Source: the human T2T-CHM13v2.0 reference genome, Homo sapiens
DNA length: 64,000 bases
Strand: one strand, 5' to 3'
Assembly (NCBI RefSeq): GCF_009914755.1
Contig: NC_060934.1
The translations under genes were made by a program, and so were the position numbers. Positions 25,301 through 35,795 of the stretch are shown here, in pieces. How positions within the stretch are numbered: position 1 is the first letter of the stretch; every line of letters starts with the position of its first letter. Below the pieces are notes generated by a model. The model made no database searches and was not told where the DNA came from. It was given only the letters and a program-made list of their open reading frames with translations.

Positions 25301-26181
25301 TCTAAAAACAAAACAAAACAAAAAACCGTAAAGTGACCAGTTAAGTAAATTTGCAGATAAAATACCCTTACAAGTTTCTTCCTTTAAAATCACTGAAAAT
25401 ATGCTCAATTTTTATTTAGTTTAACCAGACCACATTTGTGAGGGTAAGATATTCCCAGGCTATTCTGAGAAGGGGTTTAGCCTGAGAACTGGTGGAGCCT
25501 GGGAAGGGATAAGGCCTGCCTTGCCTGACAGAGCTGCCCCTGTGAAGAATCAGACATACGCCGTGCTTGCTTTCCTGGCCTTTCAGCTTGGTATGTCAGT
25601 CCCTTATAGCGTAGGCTTGTAGCAGACTCGCTGCAGAAATGCATTTTAAGTTCCAAGCAAATGTACAAATGAACTTTGAGAACCCAACTGACTTGAAAGC
25701 ATGAGCTGATTGGGTTTCTCACATGGTTTCTTCCCACATTTTATAAAGTTCCTGCTTTTTAACCATGTGTGCTTGACGGTAAGACAACTAAGGGCACTTT
25801 GAAAGTGAGGGTGGCATTTTGGATGTTCCTGTTGAGCATGGTGAGGTCGTAGCTCCCTGCTGGGCCGTGGAGGCTGTGGACTGCATGTCTGGCTGCTAAC
25901 TCTTGGCTTGACTGCCCAGGGGGTCCTTCTCCATGGCCAGGATGCTTATCCATGTTTGAGGTTACTTCTCGGGGACTGGTGTCTTGGGTGTCTACTCCAC
26001 TTTTCTGGAAGTCTTTTTACTCCACCACAGAATTTGGGTACTAGTGTGTGAAGTGGTGAGAAGGTGACATGACTTACAGACCAGCCTGCCTGCCAGGTGG
26101 CCGACACAGGACACAACGCTGTTTAATTCAAGGTGTGAAGGGAGGCACAGGCTATTCTGCTTCCTCAATTGAAAAGGAGCA

Positions 26182-26318
26182 GGATGGGTGTGGTGTTTCA
26201 CGCTGTTAATCCCAACACTTGGGAGGCCAAGGTAGGGGGTTTGCTTCATGCCAGGAGTTCAAGACCAGCCTGGGCAACATAACGAGAGTCTGTCTCTACA
26301 AAAATAAACATAAAAGAT
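26182..26318 (+). mobile_element. FLAM_C (Alu monomer)
   Basis: GGAGGCCAAGG...AGGAGTTCAAGACCAGCCTGGGCAACATA...A-rich tail. Confidence 0.85.
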
Positions 26319-28225
26319 AAGGGGTTATCTCTCTTCTGCAGTAGATCTTTTATGTGCGGAGTACTGATAGGGAGATACATAACTGGACTCCCCCTTAGCA
26401 GATCCCAGTAATATGCTCCCTTCAGTGCCATGCGGGGGAGAAAATTCTGACTGTTATGTAGCAAACCCTGAGAAGACTTCTTCCTGTAGATTGGAGATGT
26501 TCTGGCTGAACACAGGATTGACCTCCAAACTGGTGTTTTTGTTTTTGGAATAAGATACATGGCTAGTAGAGATAAAGTTCTGTTGACATGGAAGGCTAGG
26601 TATGTTCTCCAGTTTACATGGGGACTCAGAAAATATGTGGAGCTGGAGTCTCAGAGAAGGGACATGCAATGGGTCCCTTCTGACACCTGCCTGCTTCCCA
26701 TCGCAGATCTCCCTTGCCTGATTTTAGCCCTGTGGATAGCTGTTCTGTATATTTGGATTTTCTTCCAGCACCATCTATTTGATGTAGGCAGTTTTATAGA
26801 AGAATTCTTTTGGATTTTGTAAAATACTAAAAACGGCTTCTAGTGGTTTGATGAAAGGCATTCTGTTTAGAATCTCCCTAGCACAGTGCAGGGGGCGGCG
26901 GGGGTGGTGGGGTGGGGTTGTTTCCCCTCTTGGAGAGGAAGCTGCACAGATCCCTCCCTGTTTTCCCCCTCCCCTCACCTTGGGAATGAATTCCTGGGGC
27001 ATTTAGGTTGGTCTCTTTGAATTAGCTGGTTCAAAGAGGGAGAGAAGATGCTTCACGTCGTGGAATGGAGCCTTGTAATTGCTGACTTGATTGGATTACC
27101 CGAAGTAACCTTTTATGCTTAGTTAAGAATATGCTTTGTTGAGAAAGCATATTTCTGTTTTAAAATATTAGTAATTTTTTCCGACCAACCTCTTCTCTAA
27201 CCTCCCAACTAAAAGAATTATCAGTAGCTGTTTCCAGAGTTATCTACTGTTCGTTAGATAATTAGGGGCAGGAATATTTATTAATGGTGCAATATGTACT
27301 TAAACAGTATTTTTGATGGGGAGAATTCAAGTACATGAAAGCAAGGGCGTGTTTTCTCCTCCCCCGGGATTGTAACTTGACTTCTCTCTCTCTTTTCTAG
27401 AGTCTCTTAAAGCATTTTGGAATGGAATGGTTGCTGTTACAAGTTGAGCCATGGTGCAGTTGCTGTGGAAACTCTAGCATGACTTCCCAGACTACTGTGT
27501 GTTTTTTAATAGTAGGCACACCATGGCATTGAACTATTATCTTAATGCGCACTTTTTTTTTGAGAGAGAAATAGAAGGTGGTAGAGAAGAGAAGAGACTT
27601 TCTCAAATGTACACTTTGTGGAATACTTTACTGAAGTAACTGTGCTCTGAAGGGTGTGCAGCAGCACCTAGGGTGGAGGCCCAGCAACTGGCCGGCCCCG
27701 GCCCAGGTGGCAGCTGAGTTTCAGCTCTGTCGAGCATCAGCAGTTCCTATTTTTTGTAGAATTTTATACTGAGCTCTGTGTGCTTAGAATTGTTGGACTC
27801 TACCTGCCCTTGTGATAGTTCCTTCTCAGGTTTAATAAGAATAGAATAGGGAGCTGAGAGGCAGAGATGAGTGCAGAGGACTGCGTAGAGGACCATTTGC
27901 TTACCAGGAAAGGAAGCTGCAGGTGTGCTCTTTTGTGATAGTGCTGTCTGTCTGTCTGGTTAAATCAGCATGGCTGGAGGTGATACTGAAACCCTGGAAT
28001 CTGCAGGAGGATCACAAAACACTTTGCCGTCCAGTTCTGATTATCTGCCAGTTTCCTTCTTAAACAGCTATAACAAAAATTTATTTTGCCAGGAGAGAGA
28101 TCAATTCTAAATTTCCCAAAGAAATTTTCTTTTCTTTTTTTTTTTTCTTAGGAGGTACAAGCAAAGGCATCTTCCTTTCTCCCTCTGAATTTTTTTTTTT
28201 TTTGCTCAAAATTAGCAGTAGTAAT

Positions 28226-28639
28226 TGTCTCATGTGTGCGTGTGAAGAGACCACCAAACAGGCTTTGTGTGAGCAACAAGGCTGTTTGTTTCACCTGGGT
28301 GCAGGCGGGCTGAGTCAGCAAAGTGTGGTGGGATTATCATTAGTTCTTATAGGTTTTGGGATAGACGATGGAGTTAAGAGCAATGTTTTGGGGGCAGGGG
28401 GTGGATCTCACAGAGTACATTCTCAAGGGCGGGGAGAATTACCAAGAACCTTCTTAAGGGTTGGGGAGATTACAAAGTACATTGATCAGTAGGGCAGAAA
28501 CAAATCACAGTGGTAGAATATCATCAGTTAAGGCTATTTTCACTTCTTTTGTGGATCTTCAGTTGCTTCAGGCCATCTGGATGTATATGTGCAGGTCACT
28601 GGGAATATGATGGCTTAGCTTGGGCTTAGAGGCCTGACG
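28226..28639 (-). mobile_element. HERV-H 3' LTR (LTR7B-like, 414 bp)
   Basis: Minus strand (C)GTCAGGCCTCTAAGCCCAAGCTAAGCC...CCTTAAGAAGGTTCTT...TGAGACA; PPT AAGAAGACAGGAA at 28640-28652. Confidence 0.95.
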
Positions 28640-28795
28640 TTCCTGTCTTCTTATATTAATAAGAAAAATAAAATAGTGGTAAAGCGTTGGGGTGGCAAAA
28701 ATTTTTGGGGGTGGTATGGAGAGATAATGGGCGATGTTTCTCAGGGCTGCTTCAAGTGGGATTAGGGACAGCATGGGAACCTAGAGTGGGAGAGA

Positions 28796-29215
28796 TTAAA
28801 CTGAAGAAAGATTTTGGGGTAAGGGGTGATATTGTGGGGTTGTTAGAAGGAACATTTGTTGTATAGAATGATTGGTGATGGCCTGGATGCAGTTTTTTAT
28901 GAATTGAAAAACTAAACGGAAGACACAAGGTCCGAATAAAAGAAGGAGAAAACTAGGTATTAAAGGACTAAGAATTGGGAGTACCCAGGATGTCCAATTA
29001 GAAAGTGTCCAAAGGGGTTCAGTGTTATTGTTTGCTTGGTTGGCGAGTTTTTGGGCTCTATCCTTGAGTTTTTCTATGTTGTCATATACCAGGCCAGATT
29101 GATTTAGGTAAAAACAACAGTCTTCATTTAAAAATATAGAGAGTCCTCTTTTTTTAGCAGTGAGTAAGTTGAGGTCTCCGTGATTTTGGAGGAAAGAGAA
29201 ATGCAAAGCCAGCAA
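28796..29215 (-). pseudogene. env: HERV-H env TM remnant, open for 139 codons; SU largely deleted
   Basis: ISD-like LQNHGDLNLLTAKKRGL, EDCCFYLNQSG and hydrophobic WVLPILSPLIPSFLLLLFGPC; out-of-frame CWLC codons at about 29203-29214. Confidence 0.9.
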
Positions 29216-29512
29216 TTGTTTGTTAAAGAAGGATTAGAAACGTCTAGGAGACAGTGAATTTGATAGTGTGGTAGAGATAGCTGGGGAGAGGTAGAGGGTG
29301 GCATAAGAACAGGAATGAGAATAAGAGTAAATATAAAAGTAAAGAATAGGACTTCATCAGGGTGAAAGTATTGGAGGATACCTTGTCACTGAAGATCTTC
29401 TGTCCACTTCAAGAGAGACTTAAGGGTGGCAATTTGAGGTAAAACCAGGAGCCACTAAATACCAAGAGCCTGAGAAACTGCTTGGGTAATATGACTAGTA
29501 AAGGCCCGTCCG

Positions 29513-31949
29513 TTAATGGGACTGTATAGAGGTGGGAAGGCTAAACTGAAGAATTATGTCTGACAGAAGGGAAGAAATGACTGTGGTGGCCTTCTCAGAC
29601 CCTGTGGGAAAGGTCTCTACCCATCTAGTGAAAGTGTCTACCCTGACCAAGTGGTATTTTGGTTTCCTGACTCCGGGCATGTGGGTAAAGTCAATTTGCC
29701 AGTCCTGGGCGGGGGAAAATCCCTGAGCTTGATGTGTAGGGAAGGGTGGGGTGGGGGGGGTTGGCCTGAACAATCCCTGAGGGGTAGTGGAATAGCACAT
29801 GGAACACAGAGAAGTGATTTCCTTGAGGATAGATTTCCACGACGGAAAGGAAATGAGAGGTTCTAAGAGACGGGCTAGTGGCTTGTAACCTACATGGAAG
29901 AGGTTATGAAATGACGACAGAAAAGAATGGGCTTGTGAGGCTGGAAGGAGATATTTTCCTTGGTCTAAGAACCATTTGCCTTGTGTGGGAAGAGATTGAT
30001 AGATGGAAGTTTCAGCAGGGCAGTAGGTGGAAGTGATCGATGAGAAGGAGAAAAACTGGCCGTGAGGGACAGAAGTTGGAATTCTGCCTGCTTCTTTAGC
30101 TACCTTACCAGCATAAGCGTTGCCCTGAGCCATGGGATCTGATGTCCTTTGGTGGTCCTTGCAGTGTATGACTCCAGCTTCCTTTGGAAGTAAAGCGGCC
30201 TTGAGAAGAGTTTTTATTAAAGAGGATTAATGATGGAGGACCCTTGCATAGTGAGGAAACCTCTTTCAGCCCATATAACAGCATGGTGATGCAGGATATG
30301 GAAGGCATATTTGGAGTCAATATAAATATTGACACGTGGTCTCTTTGCAAGAGTGAGGGCTTGAATTAAGGCAATGAGTTCGGCTTGCTGAGAGATAGTG
30401 GAGGGAGGCAGAGCGGTAGCCTCAATGATAGATGTGGGAGATACTATAGCATAGCCTGCCTTTGCTGGTGAGTGGTGATTAGGCCTGGTGGAACTGCCAT
30501 CAGTAAACCAAATGTGATCAGGGTGAGGAACAGGAAAGAAGGAAATATGGGGAAATGGAGTGAATGTCAGGTGGATCAGAGACATACAGTCATGGGGGTC
30601 AGGTGTGGTATCCGGAATAATGTGGGAGGCCGGATTGAAGTCCAGGCCAGGAACAATGGTAAGTGTGGGAGACTCAACAAAGAGTGAGTACAGCTGAAGG
30701 AGCCAGGGAGCAGAAAGTATGTGTGTCAGATGTGAGGAAGAAAATAGATTTTGGAAGTTATGAGAACTGTAGAGAGTGAGATGAGCATAGTTTGTGATTT
30801 TGAGGGCCTCTAAAAGTATTAGGGCGGCAGCAGCCACTGCACACAGACATGAGGGCTAGGCTAAAACAGTAAGGCCAAGTTGTTTGGACAGAAAGGCTAC
30901 AGGGCGTGGTCCTGGTTCTTGTGTAAGAATTCTGACCACACAGCCCTGCACTTTGGCTGTGTGTAATGAAAAGGGTTGGGATGAGTTAGGGAGAGCTAGT
31001 GTGGGGGCAGCTTCTAGGGCTGTTTTTAAGGAACAGAAAGAGGAGTGGTGAAAGGATTTAGGATCTATGGAGTCATCTAGGTTTGGTTTTGTGAGTTTAT
31101 ATAATGGTTTTGTTAGGATGGCCGTCAATACCCACAACAGTTATGGAGGCAAGGGAAACAGGCCCTTGAAAATAAGGTAATGTGGAGTGAGTAGTCTCCT
31201 TATTGATTAAGAAGGGGACGGATTTACCTTCCACTGTAAGAGTTACCCAAAGCTTGGCATCCGTGATGGTCCAGGGGGCTTCCGAGGCTATCTAAAGGTG
31301 AAAGTATCCAAACATGCCCAGGAAGGAAAGGAGTTGTTGTTTTGTGGAAGGGGTTGGGGTTTGGGAGATTAGTTGGACACAATCAGCAGGGAGAACACGT
31401 ATGTTTTAATGAAGAAATATGTCAAGATAGGTAATGGATGAGGAAGAAATTTGGGCTTGACTGAAGTAATAGGGGCTGTCCACGAAGCCTTGCAGCAGTA
31501 CAGCCCAGGTAATTTGCTGAGCCTGATGGGTATCAGGGTCAGTCCAAGTGAAAGCGAAGAGAGGCTGGTATGAAGGGTGCAAAGGAATAGTAAAGAAAGC
31601 ATGTTTGAGATCCAGAACAGAATAATGAGTTATGGAGGGGTTGTGGAGGGAGGTATTGAGGATAGGAGAGTATATGACTTTGGCACCACTGGGTGGATAG
31701 GCAAGACAATTTAGTTGATAAGGTGCAGATCCTGAACTAACCTGTAAAAGCCTTGTCTGGTTTTTGGACAGGTAAAACAGGGGAATTGTAAGGAGAGTTT
31801 ACAGGCTTTAAAAGGCCATGCTGTAACAGGCAAGTGACAACAGGTTTTAATCCTTTTAAAGCATGCTGTGGGATGGGATATTGGCATTGAGCAGGATAAG
31901 GGTGATTAGGTTTTAATGGGATGGTAAAGGGTGCATCATTTGTTGTCAA
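29513..31949 (-). pseudogene. pol: HERV-H pol remnants (RT, RNase H, IN), frameshifted and deleted
   Basis: RT SPYNSPVLPVQKPD and LTKPLYKLTK; RNase H WFTDGSS, QQAELIAL, NIYIDSKYAF; IN WQIDFTHMP, VDTFTRWVE. Confidence 0.92.
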
Positions 31950-31967
31950 GGAGGGAGTAGAGGTGTC

Positions 31968-32400
31968 CTATGCTTGTGGACTAAGAAGGGGAGATACAAG
32001 GAGAGGATGTGAAGGAGGCTTTGAACTGGGGCAAAAGGTGGCAGTGAGGTACAGCTGTAGCCCAGGAATAATCAGGGAAGCAGATAATGTAGTTAAAAGT
32101 CTCGACCTAATAAGGGAGCCGGGCAGGTGGGGATAACTAAAAAGGAGTGCATAAAAGAATATTGTCCAAGTTGGCACCAGAATTGGGGAGTTTTAAGGGG
32201 TTTAGAAGCCTGGCCGTCAATACCCACAACAGTTATGGAGGCAAGGGAAACAGGCCCTTGAAAATAAGGTAATGTGGAGTGAGTAGCCTCCATAATGATT
32301 AAGAAGGGGACGGATTTACCCTCCACTGTAAGAGTTACCCGAAGCTTGGCCTCCATCATGGTCCAGGGGGCTTCCGAGGCTATTGGGCAGTGTCAGTCTT
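31968..32400 (-). pseudogene. pro: HERV-H protease remnant
   Basis: VTLTVEGKSVPFLIIMEATHSTL (catalytic DTGA degenerate), VVGIDG and PTCPAPLLGRD. Confidence 0.88.
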
Positions 32401-32823
32401 CAGCCACTAAGCCGAGAAGATCTGGGAAGGAGTCAATCAGAGCCTTGGGCCAGTTGGACAGTCCAGTTTCCAGTGGGGTCCTGCACAGATGGGACACGGT
32501 TTAGGAGGAATCCCGGGCTGCGGGCATTCCTTGGCCCAGTGGCCAGATTTCCGGCACTTGAAGCAAGATCCTGGGGGAGGAAGTTCTAGAGGAACCCCTG
32601 GCAACTGTGGTTCAGGCGTTTGGAGTTCTTGTGTGCTGGAGATGTGGCTGGGGTTTGTCTCACAGTGGAGGCAAGGAATTGCACCTCAGAAATACATTGC
32701 TACTTGGCTGCCATTACTCTATTACTGTACACCTTGAAAGCGAGGTTAATTAAGTCCTGTTGTGGGGTTTGAGGGCCAGAGTCTAATTTTTGGAGCTTTT
32801 TCTTTTTTTTTTTCTTTTTTATT

Positions 32824-32862
<39 letters not shown>

Positions 32863-34365
32863 TTTTTTTATTGATCATTCTTGGGTGTTTCTTGTAGAGG
32901 GGGATTTGGCAGGGTCACAGGACAATAGTGGAGGGAAGGTCAGCAGACAAACAAGTGAACAAAGGTCTCTGGTTTTCCTAGGCAGAGGACCCTGTGGCCT
33001 TCCGCAGTGTTTGTGTCCCTGGGCACTTGAGACTAGGGAGTGGTGATGACTCTCAACGAGCATGCTGCCTTCAAGCGTCTGTTTAACAAAGCACATCTTG
33101 CACCGCCCTTAATCCATTTAACCCTGAGTGGACACAGCACATGTTTCAGAGAGCACAGGGTTGGGGGTAAGGTCACAGATCAACAGGATCCCAAGGCAGA
33201 AGAACTTTTCTTAGTACAGAACAAAATGAAAAGTCTCCCATGTCTACCTCTTTCTACACAGACACGGCAACCATCCGATTTCTCAGTCTTTTCCCCACCT
33301 TTCCCCCCTTTCTATTCCACAAAACTGCCACTGTCATCATGGCCTGTTCTCAATGAGCTGTTGGGCGCACCTCCCAGACGGGGTGGTGGCCGGGCAGAGG
33401 GGCTCCTCACTTCCCAGTAGGGGCGGCCAGGCAGAGGCACCCCTCACCTCCCGGATGGGGCGGCTGGCCGGGCGGGGGGCTGACCCCCCCCCACCTCCGT
33501 CCCCGTCGGGGCGGCCGGCCAGGCAGAGGGGCTTTTTGGAGCTTTTTCTAATGTCGGGAGCGGATTGGGTAATAAAATGCATATTGAAAATAAGGCAGCC
33601 TTCTGGCCCCTCTGGGTCTAGGGTGGTAAAGCGTCTAAGGGTTGTTGTCAAACAGGCCTTGAATTGGGTTGAGTTTTTGTATTTGATGAAAAAGAACCTA
33701 AATGCTAACTGATTTGGGAGAGGTCAGATAAAGAAAAAAGGAGCATTAACCTTGATTATGCCTTTAGCTCCAGCCACCTCTTTAAGAGGAAATTGTTGGG
33801 CAGGTCGGGGAGGGCTAGTCATGGAACGAAACTGTAAACCAGACTGGGTGTGGGGAAGGGAGGTGATAGAAGGATTATAGGGTGGGGAAGCAGAGGCTGA
33901 GGAAGAATTGGGACCTGGCTTGGCCTGGCAAGGAGCAGCCTGGGGAGGAGGGGAGAGAGGTCAGATGGGTCCCTAGAAAAGGAAGATTCAAAAGACTCAG
34001 AGACGCTTGGGGTTAGGACTGAAGGAACAGACAGGAGAGAAAGAAGAAAGATTTGGGACGACTCTCATTGGGAGCAGAGACTAGGGAGGGACCAGTGTGT
34101 AAAAGAATGCCTGGACATCAGGCACCTCAGACCGTTTGCCCATTTTACGACAAGAATTATTTAGATCTTGTAGGATGGAAAAATCGAAAGTGCCGTTTTC
34201 TGGCTATTTGGAACCACTGTCGAGTTTGTATTGGGGTCAAGCGGCATTGCAGAAGAAAATAAGACGCTTAGATTTTAGGTCAGGTGAGAGTTGAAGAGGT
34301 TTTAAGTTCTTGAGAACACAGGCTAAGGGAGAAGAAGGAGGAGTGGAGGGTGGAAGGTTGCCCAT
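32400..34365 (-). pseudogene. gag: HERV-H gag remnant, interrupted by SVA
   Basis: ATG at 34365 giving MGNLPPSTPPSSPLACVLKNL...LIFFCNAA*; capsid HFITQSAPDIRK at the SVA junction. Confidence 0.88.
32804..33532 (-). mobile_element. 5'-truncated SVA (SVA_D-like): partial VNTR, SINE-R and A/(AAAT)n tail
   Basis: TTGATCATTCTTGGGTGTTTC...SINE-R...GC-rich VNTR units; 17-bp TSD TTTTTGGAGCTTTTTCT at 32787-32803 and 33533-33549. Confidence 0.97.
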
Positions 34366-34765
34366 AGTGAAGGAGGCAAGTTTAAAGAGAAGGGTAGAGA
34401 CACGGAGAAGGGGGGTGGGGAGCAGCCAAAGCAGGCGTCTCCGCACTTGACTTGCCACCAAGGGAATGTGGATGAATGACCAAGGCAGACGTCCCCACGG
34501 AGATCAGACACCAGTGGAACGTGGGTGAATAATCAGAGAGGCGTCCTCGCAATGATTAAACACCAAGGGAAGTCTGCCTTCCCGAGTCCGTGACTGGCGC
34601 TGGAGTTTTGGGTCAATGGATAAAATATGTCTCCTTTGTCTCCACCAGAAAATGAAAGGAGTTGAAATTAAGAGAAGGGAGAGATTGAAGGGTGGCGCCA
34701 AGATTAAAAGGAGAAAGAGGTTGAGGGATAGTGAGAGAGGTTGGAGAAGAGAGTAAAAAGAGGCT

Positions 34766-34774
34766 GCTTACCTG
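34766..34774 (-). promoter_or_regulatory. HERV-H major splice donor
   Basis: Minus strand CAG|GTAAGC about 140 nt downstream of the 5' LTR. Confidence 0.7.
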
Positions 34775-34894
34775 ATCTAAAATTGGGGAGATGTTCCTTG
34801 GGCTGGTTAGTCTGAGGACCTGAGGTCATAGGTGGATCTCTTCACGGAGTGAGGGTGAGGACAGGGGACTGGTCTCCCGAAGGAGTCCCGCTGA

Positions 34895-34912
34895 CCTGGG
34901 TCTTCGGCACCA
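34895..34912 (-). promoter_or_regulatory. Primer binding site, tRNA-Phe-like
   Basis: TGGTGCCGAAGACCCAGG, 2 nt after the 5' LTR. Confidence 0.8.
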
Positions 34913-34914
34913 AA

Positions 34915-35373
34915 TGTCTCACATGTGCATGTGAAGAGACCACAAAACAGGCTTTGTGTGAGCAACAAGGCTGTTTATTTCACCTGGGTGCCGGCAGGCT
35001 GAGTCAGAAAAGAGAGTCAGCAAAGGGTGGTGGGATTATCATTAGTTCTTACAGGTTTTGGGATAGGCAGTGGAGTTAAGAGCAATGTTTTGGGGGCAGG
35101 GGGTGGATCTCGCACATTCTCAAGGGCGGGGAGAATTACAAAGAACCTTCTTAAGGGTGGGGGAGATTATGAAGAACCTTCTTAAGGGTGGGGGAGATTA
35201 CAAAGTATATTGATCAGTTAGGGTAGGGCAGAAACAAATCACAATGGTAGAATATCATCAGTTAAGGCTCTTTTCACTTCTTTTGTGGATCTTTAGTTGC
35301 TTCAGGCCATCTGGATGTATACGTGCAGGTCACTGGGAATATGATGGCTTAGCTTGGGCTCAGAGGCCTGACA
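34915..35373 (-). mobile_element. HERV-H 5' LTR (LTR7B-like, 459 bp)
   Basis: Minus strand TGTCAGGCCTCTGAGCCCAAGCTAAGCC...AATAAA...TGAGACA; one extra copy of the ~31-bp CCTTAAGAAGGTTCTT repeat. Confidence 0.95.
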
Positions 35374-35795
35374 GTAATATGATGGGTTGAGGGAAAGTTA
35401 TCAGAAGAGAAAAAGAACAAAAAAATTTCTAGCTTTACTGGAGAATGTTGAAGATGGGGTAAGCAGAGGTTTACGCTAGAAATGGATTCAAGTAGACAAA
35501 CTGTATTATTTCATCATAAATGCCTCTACTTTGTTCTTTCCTCCCATTACCCTGCTCAATTCTTGTTTTTGTTTTTTTTTTTTCATTCTAGTTATGAAGA
35601 AAAACAAAAAGAGTTATTTTGTCTTGACCCAATGCAAAGATGAAAGCAGAAATCAGATTTACCCTATGTAATAGCTTATTACTGGGCAAAGAAATGAAGT
35701 ACATTAAGGAGGCCTTTTTTTTCCTCCAATGGCTGTTAGATTGTGTATTGCAACCAGGAGTTGTCAAGCTCCTGATCCTAATCCAAGCTGGGGAC

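Larger units (their letters stand above)
28226..35373 (-). mobile_element. HERV-H provirus, internally deleted form with LTR7B-type LTRs
   Basis: Two LTRs, 5-bp TSD GTAAT (28221-28225, 35374-35378), PBS, PPT and gag-pro-pol-env remnants in the correct order on the minus strand. Confidence 0.97.

Noticed and set aside
29513-30837. 206-aa integrase and RNase H ORFs as functional genes
   Set aside because: They are frameshifted relative to each other, the integrase C-terminal part is deleted and RT is disrupted; these are proviral remnants only.
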